Below, in pieces: positions 13,611 through 26,062 of a DNA stretch of 60,785 bases. Origin of the DNA: Priapulus caudatus (lineage: Eukaryota). The translations under genes and the position numbers were made by a program. A model generated the notes under the pieces. The model saw only the letters and a program-made list of their open reading frames with translations. It was not told the DNA's origin and did no database searches. The DNA lies in NCBI RefSeq assembly GCF_000485595.1, contig NW_014577076.1:1273868-1334652 (forward strand), in the 5' to 3' direction. How positions within the stretch are numbered: the stretch's first letter is position 1; each line of letters starts with the position of its first letter.

Positions 13611-15166
13611 TTATTCTGAAGAGTATAGGGGCACCAGCCTGGCAAAGAAGGTTTCTGCCATGCAGAGTCATAATCTTTACAGAAACGATTTTAATATTCG
13701 TTCTTTGGCCTTTCAGCTTACAAAGAGTGTAACTACATCAGTGTTCGTCAGCAGGTTGCAGTGGATGGCATACTGGATTGGAATCCTGGCTTCATGCTTT
13801 ACTTACTAAGGTTTTTGTACTTCAAAGACTCAGAAGAGACCATTTCAAGTATTTGCACAGTGCAACGCAGCAAGTCTGCGGGAGAAAGGTGCTAAAACAA
13901 ATGGAATACTGTCACAAAATGGTTTTTTAATATCAACTGAATTGACATCGAAATGACGCCAGAGTACAGTATAATTTGATGGCGAATCCCACACTCAAAT
14001 AACAGACAGTTTCACTGAATAGAAATAGTTACATATATAGGTGGTTAAAAACTCATGAGCTGCTATTGGGAGTACTGATCCAACCAATTTGGTAATCGTT
14101 GATCTCTCTCCTTCATCATTGAAGTTTGCTAGGCTTCAAATATTTTTATGAGATTATCATCGCCTAACTTTTTTAATTTATTGGCCACTGTCGTACATAC
14201 ATGGTTGTTATTTCTATATGGACATTATTAGCACACGTTGTGATACCTATCGCTCACAGAATTTAGATCGGCCTATGGCGATTAACATTGCCAGTCTGTA
14301 TTGTCTACAGAAACTACATGTTATTTGTGGACCAACAAACAAATTACAGCAGCAATAACTGGACACACACAGATCAAACTAGCAGTTCAAAAGCTCTAAT
14401 TGTGATGCCCTTTAGATTCTGTAATAAGCAAAGAAATTGCTTTCCATTCCAGCATTCCTCTCTACGTACAAAATATTGCTGCACATGTATACTGGTAATG
14501 TAGTGGGTCTATCCTACTCCATCAAAACTATGCGGGCAAATTTGATACCACTAAAAGCTGCTATTTAGTTTAGCATGATACAGACAAATGTCTACGAAAT
14601 CTGTCCGTTGATATATGAAATTCTAGGTTTTGTGAATGCTGGAATCATAATTCCATCCCTACACACGTTATCCAGAAAGTCACAGCAGTGATGCAGTTAA
14701 TATGAGTTATTATATATTACTTTGGATTCTCACATCATTAACAAAATTGTACACACTCCTTTTTCAATAATACTGAACATTGTTTATTATTTGAGTGCTT
14801 TTCCCCGATATTCTCATCGTCTTGTGACATTGCTGTACACCTATGAGCTATATGTACAAGGTAAATGGCATCTATGATCCAGCACATTTAGCTGTATGTT
14901 GACTGACAACTCTTTTTAGAAACAAAATTTTACAGGCTACATAGCATTCACTAATGGAGGCAGGAGCACGGAATGCTGTAAGATTGGTGGGACATGAATA
15001 ATGACTTGATGAACACTTCCCAACAGCTGGCTCCATCTAGTGAACGTGAAGGAAAATGTTGCAAGCAGCCAATATGGGAAGAATTTCTCTGCAGAAGCCT
15101 CTTCACTGATATTTACAAGATGAGGCTCCCAAAGTCCACCTGTATGAGCTTGCGCCGCTCGGTTAG

Positions 15167-15343
15167 TCATTTTGCTGGCGCTTCTATGATTCCGTTGGCA
15201 AGGTCCGTCATTTTTGGGTACTTCACCTTCTTTGCATCTAGCTCGCTCTGCGCCCACAGTAGCAGCTTCAGTAGACTTGCAAGCTTCGGTGTTGCCTTAC
15301 GGTTTTCCACTTCCAGTATGGCAGCATTCAGCTCACTGGCAAC
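15167..15343 (-). CDS. GID8: GID8 coding exon 4 (terminal)
   Basis: [62 protein letters not shown]. Acceptor ttcccag. The four exons total 702 nt, giving 233 aa plus stop, typical of GID8. Confidence 0.97.
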   Translation of the reverse strand, partial: VASELNAAILEVENRKATPKLASLLKLLLWAQSELDAKKVKYPKMTDLANGIIEAPAK

Positions 15344-15596
15344 CTGGGAATTACAGAAGAGCATTCACTAGCACCATGTACATTTATCTCGATAAAAAAA
15401 TCTGATTCATTGATCCTAATGTATGGAAATAAAAGTAATGCTACATAAGTATGTGGTGCCATCTAGTGTTTAAATATGCAACTATGTATGAATGTATAGC
15501 TTATTTACCAGAATCATCTCAGAGTTAAATATTTCCATGACTGTATCAGCATAAGTCCCTAATTTGACTGGCATATACATATATATATGCACACAC

Positions 15597-15794
15597 CTTT
15601 TGCCGTTGCGACGGATGTAGGAGTTCTCCAAACGGTGATCCCTCAGGATCTTCGAAGGCCAACAGTGCTAACGTGCGCTCAAGTTCAGCGAGAATTTCAG
15701 CGTCAGACTCGCCCCTCTCTGCTAGGTGCACTTGCGCAAACTGCAGCGCATCCTCAACGCCCTTCTGTCGTATTAGCTCGATCAAGTGCTGTTG
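15597..15794 (-). CDS. GID8: GID8 coding exon 3 (CRA domain)
   Basis: [66 protein letters not shown]. Acceptor ttttag, donor GTGTGT. 198 nt, phase 0-0. Confidence 0.97.
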
Positions 15795-16733
15795 CTAAAA
15801 GTGAGGCACACAACTCATAAATGCATGTATAGACTTCTAGATTTCTACATCCAAAACACATTTCTCCCCTCATTGTTCTGTGAGTTTTCCTGGACTTCAA
15901 ATGTTCATTTTCCATGAACATGGGACTTAAGCCAAATAATATGTGTATGCCTTATATCATCAAGTCAGTGATTAAAGAACAAATTTTTGCATGAAGCAAA
16001 TCTAATTGCCTCTAAGATAAGAAATATGTCACTTTTGACAACCAAACATGATACCCAGGAATTTTCAGGACCATAGCCTATTTTCTTGGATTTTCCAGAC
16101 AAGAAAATGGCATTTTGAAATTCTAGGTCACTTCAGATTTTTTAGAACACAGGAAACATTACATGTTTCCACATGGAGTCATATTCAGTAAACCATAGAT
16201 GAATCTGCTACACTTATTTCCTCATCTGTATCATGTAAGTTAATTGTTGTTGTTGTTATTCGTTTATCCTCCTACTTCACGAGGTCATGGTCACAATGTA
16301 AACCCTCTTTGTATCATTAAGTTAATATGCACCAATGCTGATGACACATTTGAGACCAGTTCAAATTTGACTGCAATACAGGCAAAGATCTAAACTCCAG
16401 CTTTTTAACTTTGAATATGATAGTGCCAACTTTTGAAAGAATCATTATAAATCTAAAAGCACTTGGGGTTCTTATTTATAATGATAGTTACCTACATTTT
16501 GTCAGTAGATACTTCCTACATTATTTAGCTATGGTGTGACCAGTCCAAGTACTTCTGCCTATGACAGCCCGTAATATACAGTAGCTTAAACATAGGTATG
16601 TGATCAACTAACGTGTGCGAGAACACGTAGACACACATGCCAATATTCTGTTATACAGCCGTCTGTACGAACATTCGAACAGCAGTGTTTGCTGTAATCT
16701 GAGTTATTCGTATTGGCATATATCACAGAGTAG

Positions 16734-17595
16734 TAGGGGTGAGTATTGCGACCAAAAACCGTATTGCAATATATTGCAATACGACAAAACCGTATTGCAA
16801 TATTTTCCAATACGTATTGGGAAGTGTATACCATGCATGATATAGTAACAATTTGATGGTTTTAATATCATCATATATTGTATTATATGACATGATTTAA
16901 TTTCTCATGTTTTTCTTGAGAAACAGAAGCACGGCAATGTTTTCCGCTGACAGTGCAGCCCTCTGTGCCGTAACAATGTCACCCGCTGTACTGAATACCC
17001 TCTCGGAAGGCACTGACGTAGCTGGAATACACAATACCCCTGCTGCATAATTGGCTAATACTGGATACTGAAACTGAAACTGAAACTGAAACAGTGGGTG
17101 CTCGCTTCAGCTTGTATCGCCACGAATCCATAGGCTGCCAGCGCTGCATACTGTCGTAGGACGTTGCCGCGGTCGCGTGCGCCTTGCCGCAGAACTGCGC
17201 GCAAGATCTCCGCTCAGCGGTTATAGGATCAACACCTCCTTTTGGCAATACTTCTCTGGTATCCCGTCTCTTCTGGTTGCCGTGCTCTGTGCCTCGCGCA
17301 CACGTCTGCCCCACTCTGCCCGCGCAGTAGTACCGCGCAGTGCTCCATGCAGTGGCCGCTTACCAGTAATACTGTATGCGTCGTGCACGCATTGTGCTTT
17401 CGTAATATATACACCGCCAGTGCATAATTTTCGAGCCCATTAACAATATAGACATAAAGGCAAGTGTCAAGTAATTTATTTCTTGTTATACCACCGTATC
17501 GTAAAATATCGATATCCGGAAGTTGTATCGCGATATATCGAGTTTTCAAAATATATTGCAATATACCGATATACCGGTATATCGTTACACCCCTA
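16734..17595. mobile_element. hAT-type non-autonomous element in GID8 coding intron 2
   Basis: Termini TAGGGGTG...CACCCCTA, perfect 8-bp TSD CAGAGTAG, subterminal ATTGCAATA/CGATAT repeats. Confidence 0.9.
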
Positions 17596-17658
17596 CAGAG
17601 TAGCCGTGCACTTCTAGTTCTAGAACATTTAAAACCTACATATCATCTGAACACATAC

Positions 17659-17855
17659 CTGCAAATGAAAGTAGAGCAATCGGTCGCTGTCTAACAACTC
17701 CGGATGCAGTTTGTTCACCATACTGATCGCATCCTGAATCTTGCCGGTCTGTATCGCGTCACGAATCTTGATCCGCTCGTCTAGACTGTCTAGCTCCACT
17801 GAAGGCTGCACGCCAGACTCAAGCCTGAACTTCTCCGCTGCCTCCTTGAAACCCT
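17659..17855 (-). CDS. GID8: GID8 coding exon 2 (end of LisH, CTLH)
   Basis: (E)[65 protein letters not shown]. Acceptor aacag, donor GTATGT. 197 nt, phase 1 to 0, consistent with exon 1. Confidence 0.97.
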
Positions 17856-19012
17856 CTGTTCCATGAAACATAATGCATTACAGAGCAACCGTAGTTAAAG
17901 CCATTTCACGTCAATGCTATTGCTAAGAAACAGTGATTACCGTGACTTTATGTTCGTTGTATTGACATTATTGATAGTAATGTGTCTTATCAGTTCTGCT
18001 GTTACTGCTACTACTACTAATATTACTAAAAGAAATTAGAGCAGCTAATTGATGGTTTTGAAAGATCTATGGAAGCTACCATCTGTCATAAACAACGCAT
18101 TCAACTTTGCAAAATGCGATAAATAAATAACAGTGGTGATTTTACTACACAAAATGGTGAATGCAATTGGCGAACGCTTCAACCTCTCACAAAATTACGA
18201 CTGAATAATGAAATCATCAAATTACAGTGTCATCTCGTAAAATGTATTCATACACCTTTTTTCCCATGCCCATCACCTGTTAGTGTTTATGCCTTGCTTA
18301 GCACATACAATTAAAGTGAACATTGGCTATAGTTTTTCATTGGTGGCTAAAAAATAACTTTGGTGACTAAAGTCTAGGCTCAAACTTTAAAACATCCAGA
18401 GGGAGCCCTGGTAATGATGGCCAAGGGGTTGACATTTATTAACTTGAATACAGCAGTGTTTCCTAAGCAGGGGCTGATGGTACCACGGTTTTGAGATCTA
18501 CTCAGTCACACAGAGTAAGGGGTTGAAGCTGGGGCAAATACCTCCAGGGGCTTGATGGCTACTTAGTTACCTACAGCATAGCTTTAATATAGGGTCAGTT
18601 GTTGTCTGGCTGCTAGGGCTGTGTCATGTAAGTGTTTGGTTGCAAACAGCAGGAGTTTAAATAGGTAGCAAATACTATCATACAATTGCCAGTCATTTAG
18701 TTGCACAAAGCAGATGTTCTAACTAGAGGCTGATCCTGGAGTGGTATACCTAGATAGATGCAAACAGAATTTATCATCATTCAGCAGCAGGGGGATAGTG
18801 TCAGGGATTTGTCATTAACTATGTAGTAACTGTACAGTGTAATGCTGCAGGGATTCGATTTTGAGGTGTTAGGGTTCTGACCTCTTTATAGTGTAATTAC
18901 ACTGGCTTGCATTAATTGCAACTAACATTTTTAAGAAAATGTAGCACACACTATGATTGCCACATTGTTCTAATTGTTTCACGTCTTCAAATATACGTTT
19001 ATTACATATCAT

Positions 19013-19763
19013 CAGAAGTAGATAATAGGGAAGGAGTGCGACTTCAATAAACAAGGGAAATTCGTCATTTACTAGCCTTAGAATACCTACGATTACTACG
19101 CGTAACTCAACCAACTTGAGCTCAAATCATACACAGTACATTCACCTAGCATCGTGCGAAATCGTTTCCTCGTATACACCCGCAATCCGGAGATACATAC
19201 AGACTAAAACGTACGACACGATTCTCCATTCTGTTGCCAGCAAAACGAATCCATAACCCGCCTAACTTGAAACAATAGGCAGCTACTAACGACTCTTGCG
19301 CACTCTTGTGCCCTCGGCGATGCGGTGTGGCTCGCTGGGAGATTGGACATCGACGCAACACTCGGTGAGCTAATCTTAAACCTATTTACAGTTGGTATGC
19401 CACCCACGCACGCACGCCCACCGCAATCAGCAGCAGCTCCAGCTCCAATCTCCCAGCGAGCCACACCGCATCGCCGAGGGCACAAGTGCGCAAGTCGTTA
19501 GTAGCTGCCTTTTGTTTCAAGTTAGGTGGGTTATACATTTGGTTTGCTGGCAACAAAATGTAGAATCATGGTGTACGTTTTTTCTCTGGATTGCGGGTGT
19601 ATACGAGGAAACAATTTTGCACGATGCTAGGCGAATGTACTGTGTACGATTTGAGCTCAAGTTGGTTGAGTTACGCGTAGTAATCGTAAGTATTCTAAGG
19701 CTAGTAAATGACGAATTTCCCTTTTTTATTGAAGTCACACTCCTTCCCTATTATCTACTTCTG
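19013..19763. mobile_element. P-superfamily (Galileo-like) foldback element in GID8 coding intron 1
   Basis: Inverted arms of about 330 bp (19013-19348 and 19444-19763), termini CAGAAGTAGATAATAGG, 7-bp TSD ATATCAT/ATATAAT. Confidence 0.85.
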
Positions 19764-19843
19764 ATATAATTAAACTATCGGAGAGCGGAACGTGTGAATT
19801 TTACAGGTTCTGGGGCAATTAGAGTCAGATGTTTGACATGCAC

Positions 19844-19973
19844 CTGTTACAAGATAATCCATTATGAGCCGATTCATGTCGGCACGCTGAATGTGCAGGT
19901 TCTCGAGCCGTGTGAGCCACTCATCCTTACTAACTTCAATCGGCTTCTCCACAGAATTGCTAGTCATATTCAT
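19844..19973 (-). CDS. GID8: GID8/TWA1 (CTLH complex subunit), coding exon 1, LisH region
   Basis: Translates as [43 protein letters not shown], matching the GID8 N-terminus and LisH motif. ATG at 19973, donor GTGCAT after 19844 (phase 1). An acceptor ttgttgcag at 20017-20018 implies a further upstream UTR exon. Confidence 0.96.
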
Positions 19974-20183
19974 CGCAAGCGTTTGCGTTTCACTTCATTT
20001 AATCAGCAGCTGGGATCTGCAACAACAATATATTGTACAGTACATTGTGATGCATTGCTACTTCGAATGATGGCTTTTGCCAGCAATAAAATTGCTTTGA
20101 TCTAAATGCGTACGGTACTTATTGTTTCAACCTAGCCAGAATTAATAACACTGAACAGCACGGAGCCAAAACCTGCAACTGAG

Positions 20184-20250
20184 GCTCATAGGGTCTATGT
20201 ACCCCAGGGTACGTTCCGGCAATACCCCGGGGGACATAGACCCTCTCAGC
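20184..20250. mobile_element. 67-bp MULE-like mini-MITE
   Basis: GCTCATAGGGTCTATGT...ACATAGACCCTCTCAGC with perfect 9-bp TSD GCAACTGAG. Same family as 22211-22446. Confidence 0.85.
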
Positions 20251-20399
20251 GCAACTGAGCAACATGTAAAATTGTTTGTTACTATGTTAGGCCTTCCAAA
20301 TTTTGGTCGATGAAGCAAACACTGAAACCAGGCGTGAGGGTGAATATTTTGTGTAGAACACATGAAATATTTTAACAACAACACGATAATAATACAATA

Positions 20400-20851
20400 A
20401 AAAATATGCAATACACACCTAAAAAGAGAACAAACATGAGACAACTTCGCAGATAAAAAATCACATAACCAGAGTTAAGATGCTCATTTGTTCGTTACAC
20501 TCCGAAAACCGAGTTCGTGGCGCCCTCTCTGTACCTTCAGCGCTTATGTTTCATTTGTTATAGTTTATTATTTTAACGCACAAAAGATGAGAATCCCTTC
20601 ATATATGAAGAATTAAATGGGTTAAAACATACTAGTTATGCTATCCCCATATTTTGAACTCTATTCGTTGACCTAGTCGTGTAGTATTTCGGATTTTGTG
20701 ACAACGCCTTGCATGTGTGAAAACAAAATGGCGACGTATACATGGAGACAACAACATTTTGCTCAAGATTTATCATTAAAATGCATTCAATCTTGTGAAT
20801 ATATCTTCGAAGACGATTAAATTCAATAAGGAACATACGAATAGTGACCAG
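20400..20851. promoter_or_regulatory. Probable bidirectional promoter and plus-strand non-coding first exon
   Basis: Lies just upstream of GID8. Contains the YY1-type motif CAAAATGGCG at about 20724-20733 and a strong plus-strand donor CAG|GTATGT after 20851. The ATG at 20728 stops before the donor. Confidence 0.5.
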
Positions 20852-21136
20852 GTATGTTGTGTTTGTTGTATGTTAATGTTCTTGACACAGAGCAGCACTT
20901 CTCTGCGAAAGCAATGCCAATGCAATGCCAATGCCAATGGTTTCTACTTCTAGAAATTCAGCGACTTTGAATGCTCCGTTTGTATGGATGCGAATAACAA
21001 GGTGCATTGTGTGAGGTGGTATGGTTACGAGTTATAATAACCATACATCACGATGACATCCCCAATTTATTAACGAATTAGTTGCAGCATACTAAGTAAG
21101 GCTAAGAAAAGGTAGTATTAATACTAATAATAGTAA

Positions 21137-21564
21137 TGTCGTACCCAAACTTGGAATCTGCAGCGATTGTGCTGCCCAAACTGCGGATTCCCTAGTTTGG
21201 CTGACGAATCTCAAGATTGGGCAAACTGAAAACAGTCGGTGATTCAACAACGGCTTCTTCAACAACCGCTCATAGCGAGTGTGCGGCGTGCGTGGTGCAA
21301 ACTAGGAAGAGATTTATCTCATATTTATCCAATTATTTATTATAATCATTTATTATTTATACAAAGGTGCCAAACACATAGAGGAAAGAAGGTATACGAC
21401 CTTATATTATAGTTATGATATAACATTTGAAAACCTAATAGTAATAATCATATGTTTGTGCAAGCTCTGTTTACCTCTGTTTGCCCAATCTCAAGATTGG
21501 TTTCCCAAACTACGGATGCGCTGAAATTCCAAGTTTGTGCAAGATTCCAAGTTTTGGCACAATA
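21137..21564. mobile_element. MITE with imperfect TIRs, possibly Ginger-type
   Basis: TGTCGTACCCAAACTTGGAATCT / AGATTCCAAGTTTTGGCACAATA, inner inverted GATTGGGCAAAC, flanks GTAA/GCAA. Confidence 0.55.
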
Positions 21565-22210
21565 GCAATAATATTACTACTATTACTAATAGTAATAGTA
21601 CTATAGCCCCAAGTTCCCTTCTCGCTTAACACTACGTTGGCGAGAGGGTCACAAGCCGACGCAATAGAATATTGTTCGGCATGACGTGCGCTGCTTAGCC
21701 TGCTATTTTAAAAACGTAAAATTATCTAACTTTTTATGATTCTTATTGCTTCTCTGTACTTCCACGCCTCGATTTATTATATGTGCGCTATCACTGAGCA
21801 TGTATTTACGTGTCAGCGTGTAATTATTCGAATTGATAAGATGAAACTCCGAACAAACGCTGCCATTTTTCAATAGATATCCCATAATACGTAGCGAAAG
21901 TTCGTGAATTTTCGCGTACAAAAAGAGACATAAGAACATCCAGAATGGCGTTTGTCAAACGTTCAATAGTATAGCTGTTTGAAATTCTCTTATTTTAACG
22001 TGTATTTCGAGGTAAATAGTAATTAAGAAGTGATGCGATAGTTGCAAACATGTAACAGGTGAGGTCAAATGTGGTAATACATTGTTTTATTTACGAAATT
22101 TTACGAAATTCGGAGTTTGTTTTCAAGCAACCAGGCATTTCGTATGGAAGGGTGTCAGGCTTTTACGACGTGTAACAGTCGGAGAGTCTGGTCGGTTTAC
22201 TACTACTACT

Positions 22211-22446
22211 GCTCATAGGGTCTATGTCCCCCAGGGTACTGCCAGAACGTACCCTGGTCACTATTTGATATGGTTAGGGTTAGGGTTATGGAGTAGGCGT
22301 AGGCGACGACTGCCTAGACTCGTTAGTGGAGTAGGCGAGGTATGGTCCGGCATATTAGATAGTACTTACCAGGGTACGTTCTGGTATACCGGATCGTACC
22401 CAGGGTACGTTCTGGCAGTACCCTGGGGGACATAGACCCTCTCATC
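22211..22446. mobile_element. 236-bp MULE-like MITE
   Basis: TIRs of about 47 bp (41-bp perfect core AGGGTCTATGTCCCCCAGGGTACTGCCAGAACGTACCCTGG), G...C termini, 9-bp TSD ACTACTACT, internal GGTTAG repeats. Confidence 0.85.
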
Positions 22447-23740
22447 ACTACTACTAGTACTATTTTATTACTATTACTATTAGTAATACTAATAGTATTT
22501 ATATAATAATACTCAGTATTACAGTAATACTAATAGCTGATAGGCCTACTAATACTATACTATAGTAATACTATTATTATTATTATTACTAATATAAATA
22601 ATAATATAGTTTAGTATTACTATTAGTATCATTAATTTAATTAGTTTCAGCATTTGTACAAATGAATTAGGCTGAATAAAATTTAGTAGTCGTGATTTGA
22701 TGTCTCAATCTATGATAACTTCTTGTACGGTGACTGGGTAATTGTGTTGCCTTTAATGTTATCATTGGAAAAGAAATGGTATTACAAATAATAAAAGGTT
22801 GAGAACATCAACAGCATAATCATAGTGTAGGTAGTGCACTAATGGTCGCGTGATCAAAGTAATGGCCAACATTCAAAATTTTACGCAAAGTAAAAGGTCT
22901 AGTGTTCGAATACCACATCTTGATTATGAAGGTACTTTATCCTGATTAACTTGGTGAGCACGAACTTTAGTAATGAGTTTCAAGTGATACAGCTTAGAGA
23001 TAACATTGCTGGATCAAATACAGCATGATATAGTATTTAAATCCAAGCAAATCATTTCTTATTGGCAATTCCTTATGTCAATGTGAAATAATTTTAGTTC
23101 ATTTCAATTCAAGATATTTATTTTCGCTTTTAACAGAATTACGTACAGAAGACTAAATTAGATTAAACAATAGAAAGACTGATGGAGGACGAATAGACTG
23201 TACAAATGTCAAGGATTACTGTAACTTCGTTCTCATAATGTTGAAGTGCCAGTTCATTGCATGCAAATGCGTATTGGCAATATTATTATGTGGAGCAAAA
23301 TGGCATCAGGTTTTTTCCTTGTAGTTTTTCCAATGCTCTCTGTTTCCATGTTCTAGTCTGCACAGACTACATTCATTACATCATACTTAATGTATAACTC
23401 ATTAGGCTGCTCAAAATGAAGGGGTGTCTATTTCTGAGAAGATTCCAATTACAGGACCTTTAGCAGCTGAAACAATTGACAGTAGACATGAAATGTCTTG
23501 AGTAGAATTGACAGTAGAATGTTCTATAGTAGTATCGTGTTGTAGAGTAGCCGTACTTGGAGGTCTTGAAGGGCAATATTTTAGCTAATGAATCACTTTT
23601 TATATGTGGAGGGGTCAACATTAGACAAAACTGGTAATGCTAATAGCATGCCATGTTATCAGAAAGCTGAATTGTCTCTATGACATTTGGCTTATAGTTT
23701 TAGACCTTTTACTAAATTTCATAACTTGCAGACTAATTAA

Positions 23741-24152
23741 TAGTGTTGTCAATCGGTTGTAATTTCGTAATCGATCATCGGTTGGACCCAAGTAACCGAT
23801 GATCGGTTACAATCGGTTACTCGGGGTGTTGAATGCCTGCGTGTGCGTAACGTCGTGTGCATGTACATGTGTGCATGTATGTGCTTGTTTAGCCAGCGTA
23901 TAAAATCCCTAGTGTGTCCTAGGCTTTAGCCCCTCAACAGGAAGTAACTGCGGCGAATGTCGGGTGATTCCCGAACTAAAATAGAGATGATATCTCTGAT
24001 TCTCATCACTTTTCCAAGTTATCTTGTTCAAGTTTGACATTTTTTTTTTTTATGAAATTGATTATGGATTTTGATAACCGAGCGCTTGGTTCGAGCCACT
24101 GTTCAAGCGCTTGGTTCGAGACACTGTTCAACCGATGATCGTGGCATCACTA
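23741..24152. mobile_element. hAT-type MITE
   Basis: Termini TAGTGTTG / CATCACTA, 8-bp TSD CTAATTAA/CTAATCAA, subterminal ATCGGTT/AACCGAT repeats, internal 25-bp tandem duplication. Confidence 0.8.
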
Positions 24153-24641
24153 CTAATCAATTATAAAAAAATATCTATTTCATTGATGTCATAGCTTCTG
24201 ACTTTTAACTTCTAAGGTGAGCATGGAACTGAGTTATGAATTTTAAAATAAAATTATTAATAACATGTAAGTAATTCTTTCTCTAGAGAATTAAACTCTT
24301 ATTTCGAGTGTGGCCATTTGATTCGTAGTGCTTTCATGGTAGATGGAGGATTTATCAGCTATATTGAGTCATACTTCTGAAACTTCTAAAGCTTCTCAAA
24401 AATCTAGTTTCATTTTTACTTTTAGTAAAATGTCCATTCTATATACTGCTCAGTACTGTAACAATGATTTACTCTCAGCAGGAGATAATCAATTCATAGG
24501 TCTAAAACATGTTTTCAAGGATACGATAAGTCTATGCCTGAGGCAAGTTAAGCCTGAAACCTATTCAACAGCAATTCTACATCTAAAGTTATGTACATAT
24601 ATCTCTCAACGGGACTTGTGTGAGATCACTCAGGACTTGAT

Positions 24642-24644
<3 letters not shown>

Positions 24645-24718
<74 letters not shown>
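24645..24718. repeat. (CA)n microsatellite
   Basis: Seen directly. Confidence 0.97.
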
Positions 24719-24720
<2 letters not shown>

Positions 24721-25819
24721 ACGACACATAAGAACTAAAACTGCACACATGCATTCAGCTTTCACTCCTGTACAGTTTTCGTTTTTGTATTTCCTGTTCC
24801 ATTTAGCCATGTAAGACCTGTCTAGACTACAGTGTGCATGCAGGTTATGGCATTGCGCCTGCCGTAGTGTTAAAATATTGTTATAATAAAATTTGAAATC
24901 CCTATCTTGTAATTACTAATTAGTAATTAGCCTCTCAAGTTCAAAATCGATTTGCTGTGAAATCTAATATAAGTAAATCTGCATCTATAGATGCACTCAT
25001 TCAAAGCGTAAACCTGCGTGAATGCTTAAATTTTGTCTGATGTTGAGTGTAGATAGAGTCCACACCTATCTGTGTAGATGTGTAGCTCATGAAAGCCAAA
25101 CTGCATAACATATATATATATATATATATATAAGTCAGTGATGAAAACTTACAAATAAATGTAGTAGCCAGTTGGGCACCTAAAGTAAAAATATTAGGGG
25201 CCCAGCTCAAATATTAGGGGCCCAGCTTATGGCACGAAGCGCCGAAGTTCGGGATTCGTTTTCTTGGATATTGACACTAAAATGGTGCTCTATTATGCAT
25301 TCTGAGCATGAAGATTCAGAGCAAATCTTTTGAGAAAGAACCGCAAGTCTTTTTTGCAAACGGTACAAAGTCTATGAAAATACATGATGTCACTTCAATA
25401 GGGCGACAGAGTTAGGTGGTGCCCGATGAAACGTGCATGACGAGTGGCCAATACAAATATTTATTTAGGAGACTCCGTACTATACCTTAGTGACAAGAAG
25501 TAAAAAAGAAGTACTTCAACAATTTCCACATTTGTTTTTATTATGCCATTAATTAGAGTAGTTACTCAATCAATTGTTTGAAAACAGTTTCCATGTCATT
25601 GTCAGAGTCCATCCAGTCCCCATTGTTACTTTCTGTTTCATCATCATCAGCCGTCATCATCGTGTCTGTTTGAGCACCTGTTCTATCATCAGCGCCATGG
25701 ATCAAATTCCGTGATTGGCGGGGACAGCAAATTGATGGCATTTTATTCAATATTTAATTATTTAATTTTTCAATATATTTTATTTAGTATTGATCACAAT
25801 TTTTATTAGATTGCATTGC

Positions 25820-25869
25820 ATAATGTAACCCAACAAGAGTAGGGTGCTACTCTTGTTGGGTTACGTTAT
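25820..25869. repeat. Short near-perfect palindrome (23-bp stem, 4-nt loop)
   Basis: ATAATGTAACCCAACAAGAGTAG-ggtg-CTACTCTTGTTGGGTTACGTTAT. No TSD resolved. Confidence 0.85.
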
Positions 25870-25933
25870 TGTATCTAATTACAACCATGTTACAACCCAC
25901 GTTCCTTCCCAATGGTCAGTGGCATTGTCAGAT

Positions 25934-25981
25934 CAGAGCACATAAATTTATTGCATTGGTGGCATTGATTTATATGCTCTG
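25934..25981. mobile_element. 48-bp TIR-only remnant, P-like
   Basis: CAGAGCACATAAAT...ATTTATATGCTCTG, perfect 7-bp TSD GTCAGAT. Terminus fits the P-type CANRG pattern. Confidence 0.85.
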
Positions 25982-26062
25982 GTCAGATACAACACCATAT
26001 ATACAACACATGCTCTCACTGGCTGAGTTCCCAGCCCTGAACCAATAATTACATTTCACCAG

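Noticed and set aside
14994..15820. Plus-strand ORFs over GID8 exons 3-4
   Set aside because: Antisense shadows of the real minus-strand coding exons.
18869..19769. Mirror-image ORFs (VELRVVIV...NDEFP) on opposite strands
   Set aside because: They result from the foldback arms. The same applies to paired ORFs at 34592/35549, 44158/44392 and 49014/49661.
22272..22287. TTAGGG telomere-like repeats
   Set aside because: Only two or three units, internal to a MITE.
20185..22445. Constant CTCA(T/G) on both sides of AGGG...CCCT repeats, suggesting a tyrosine-recombinase (Crypton-like) core site
   Set aside because: True 9-bp TSDs lie further out in both copies, so CTCAT belongs to the imperfect MULE-type TIR.
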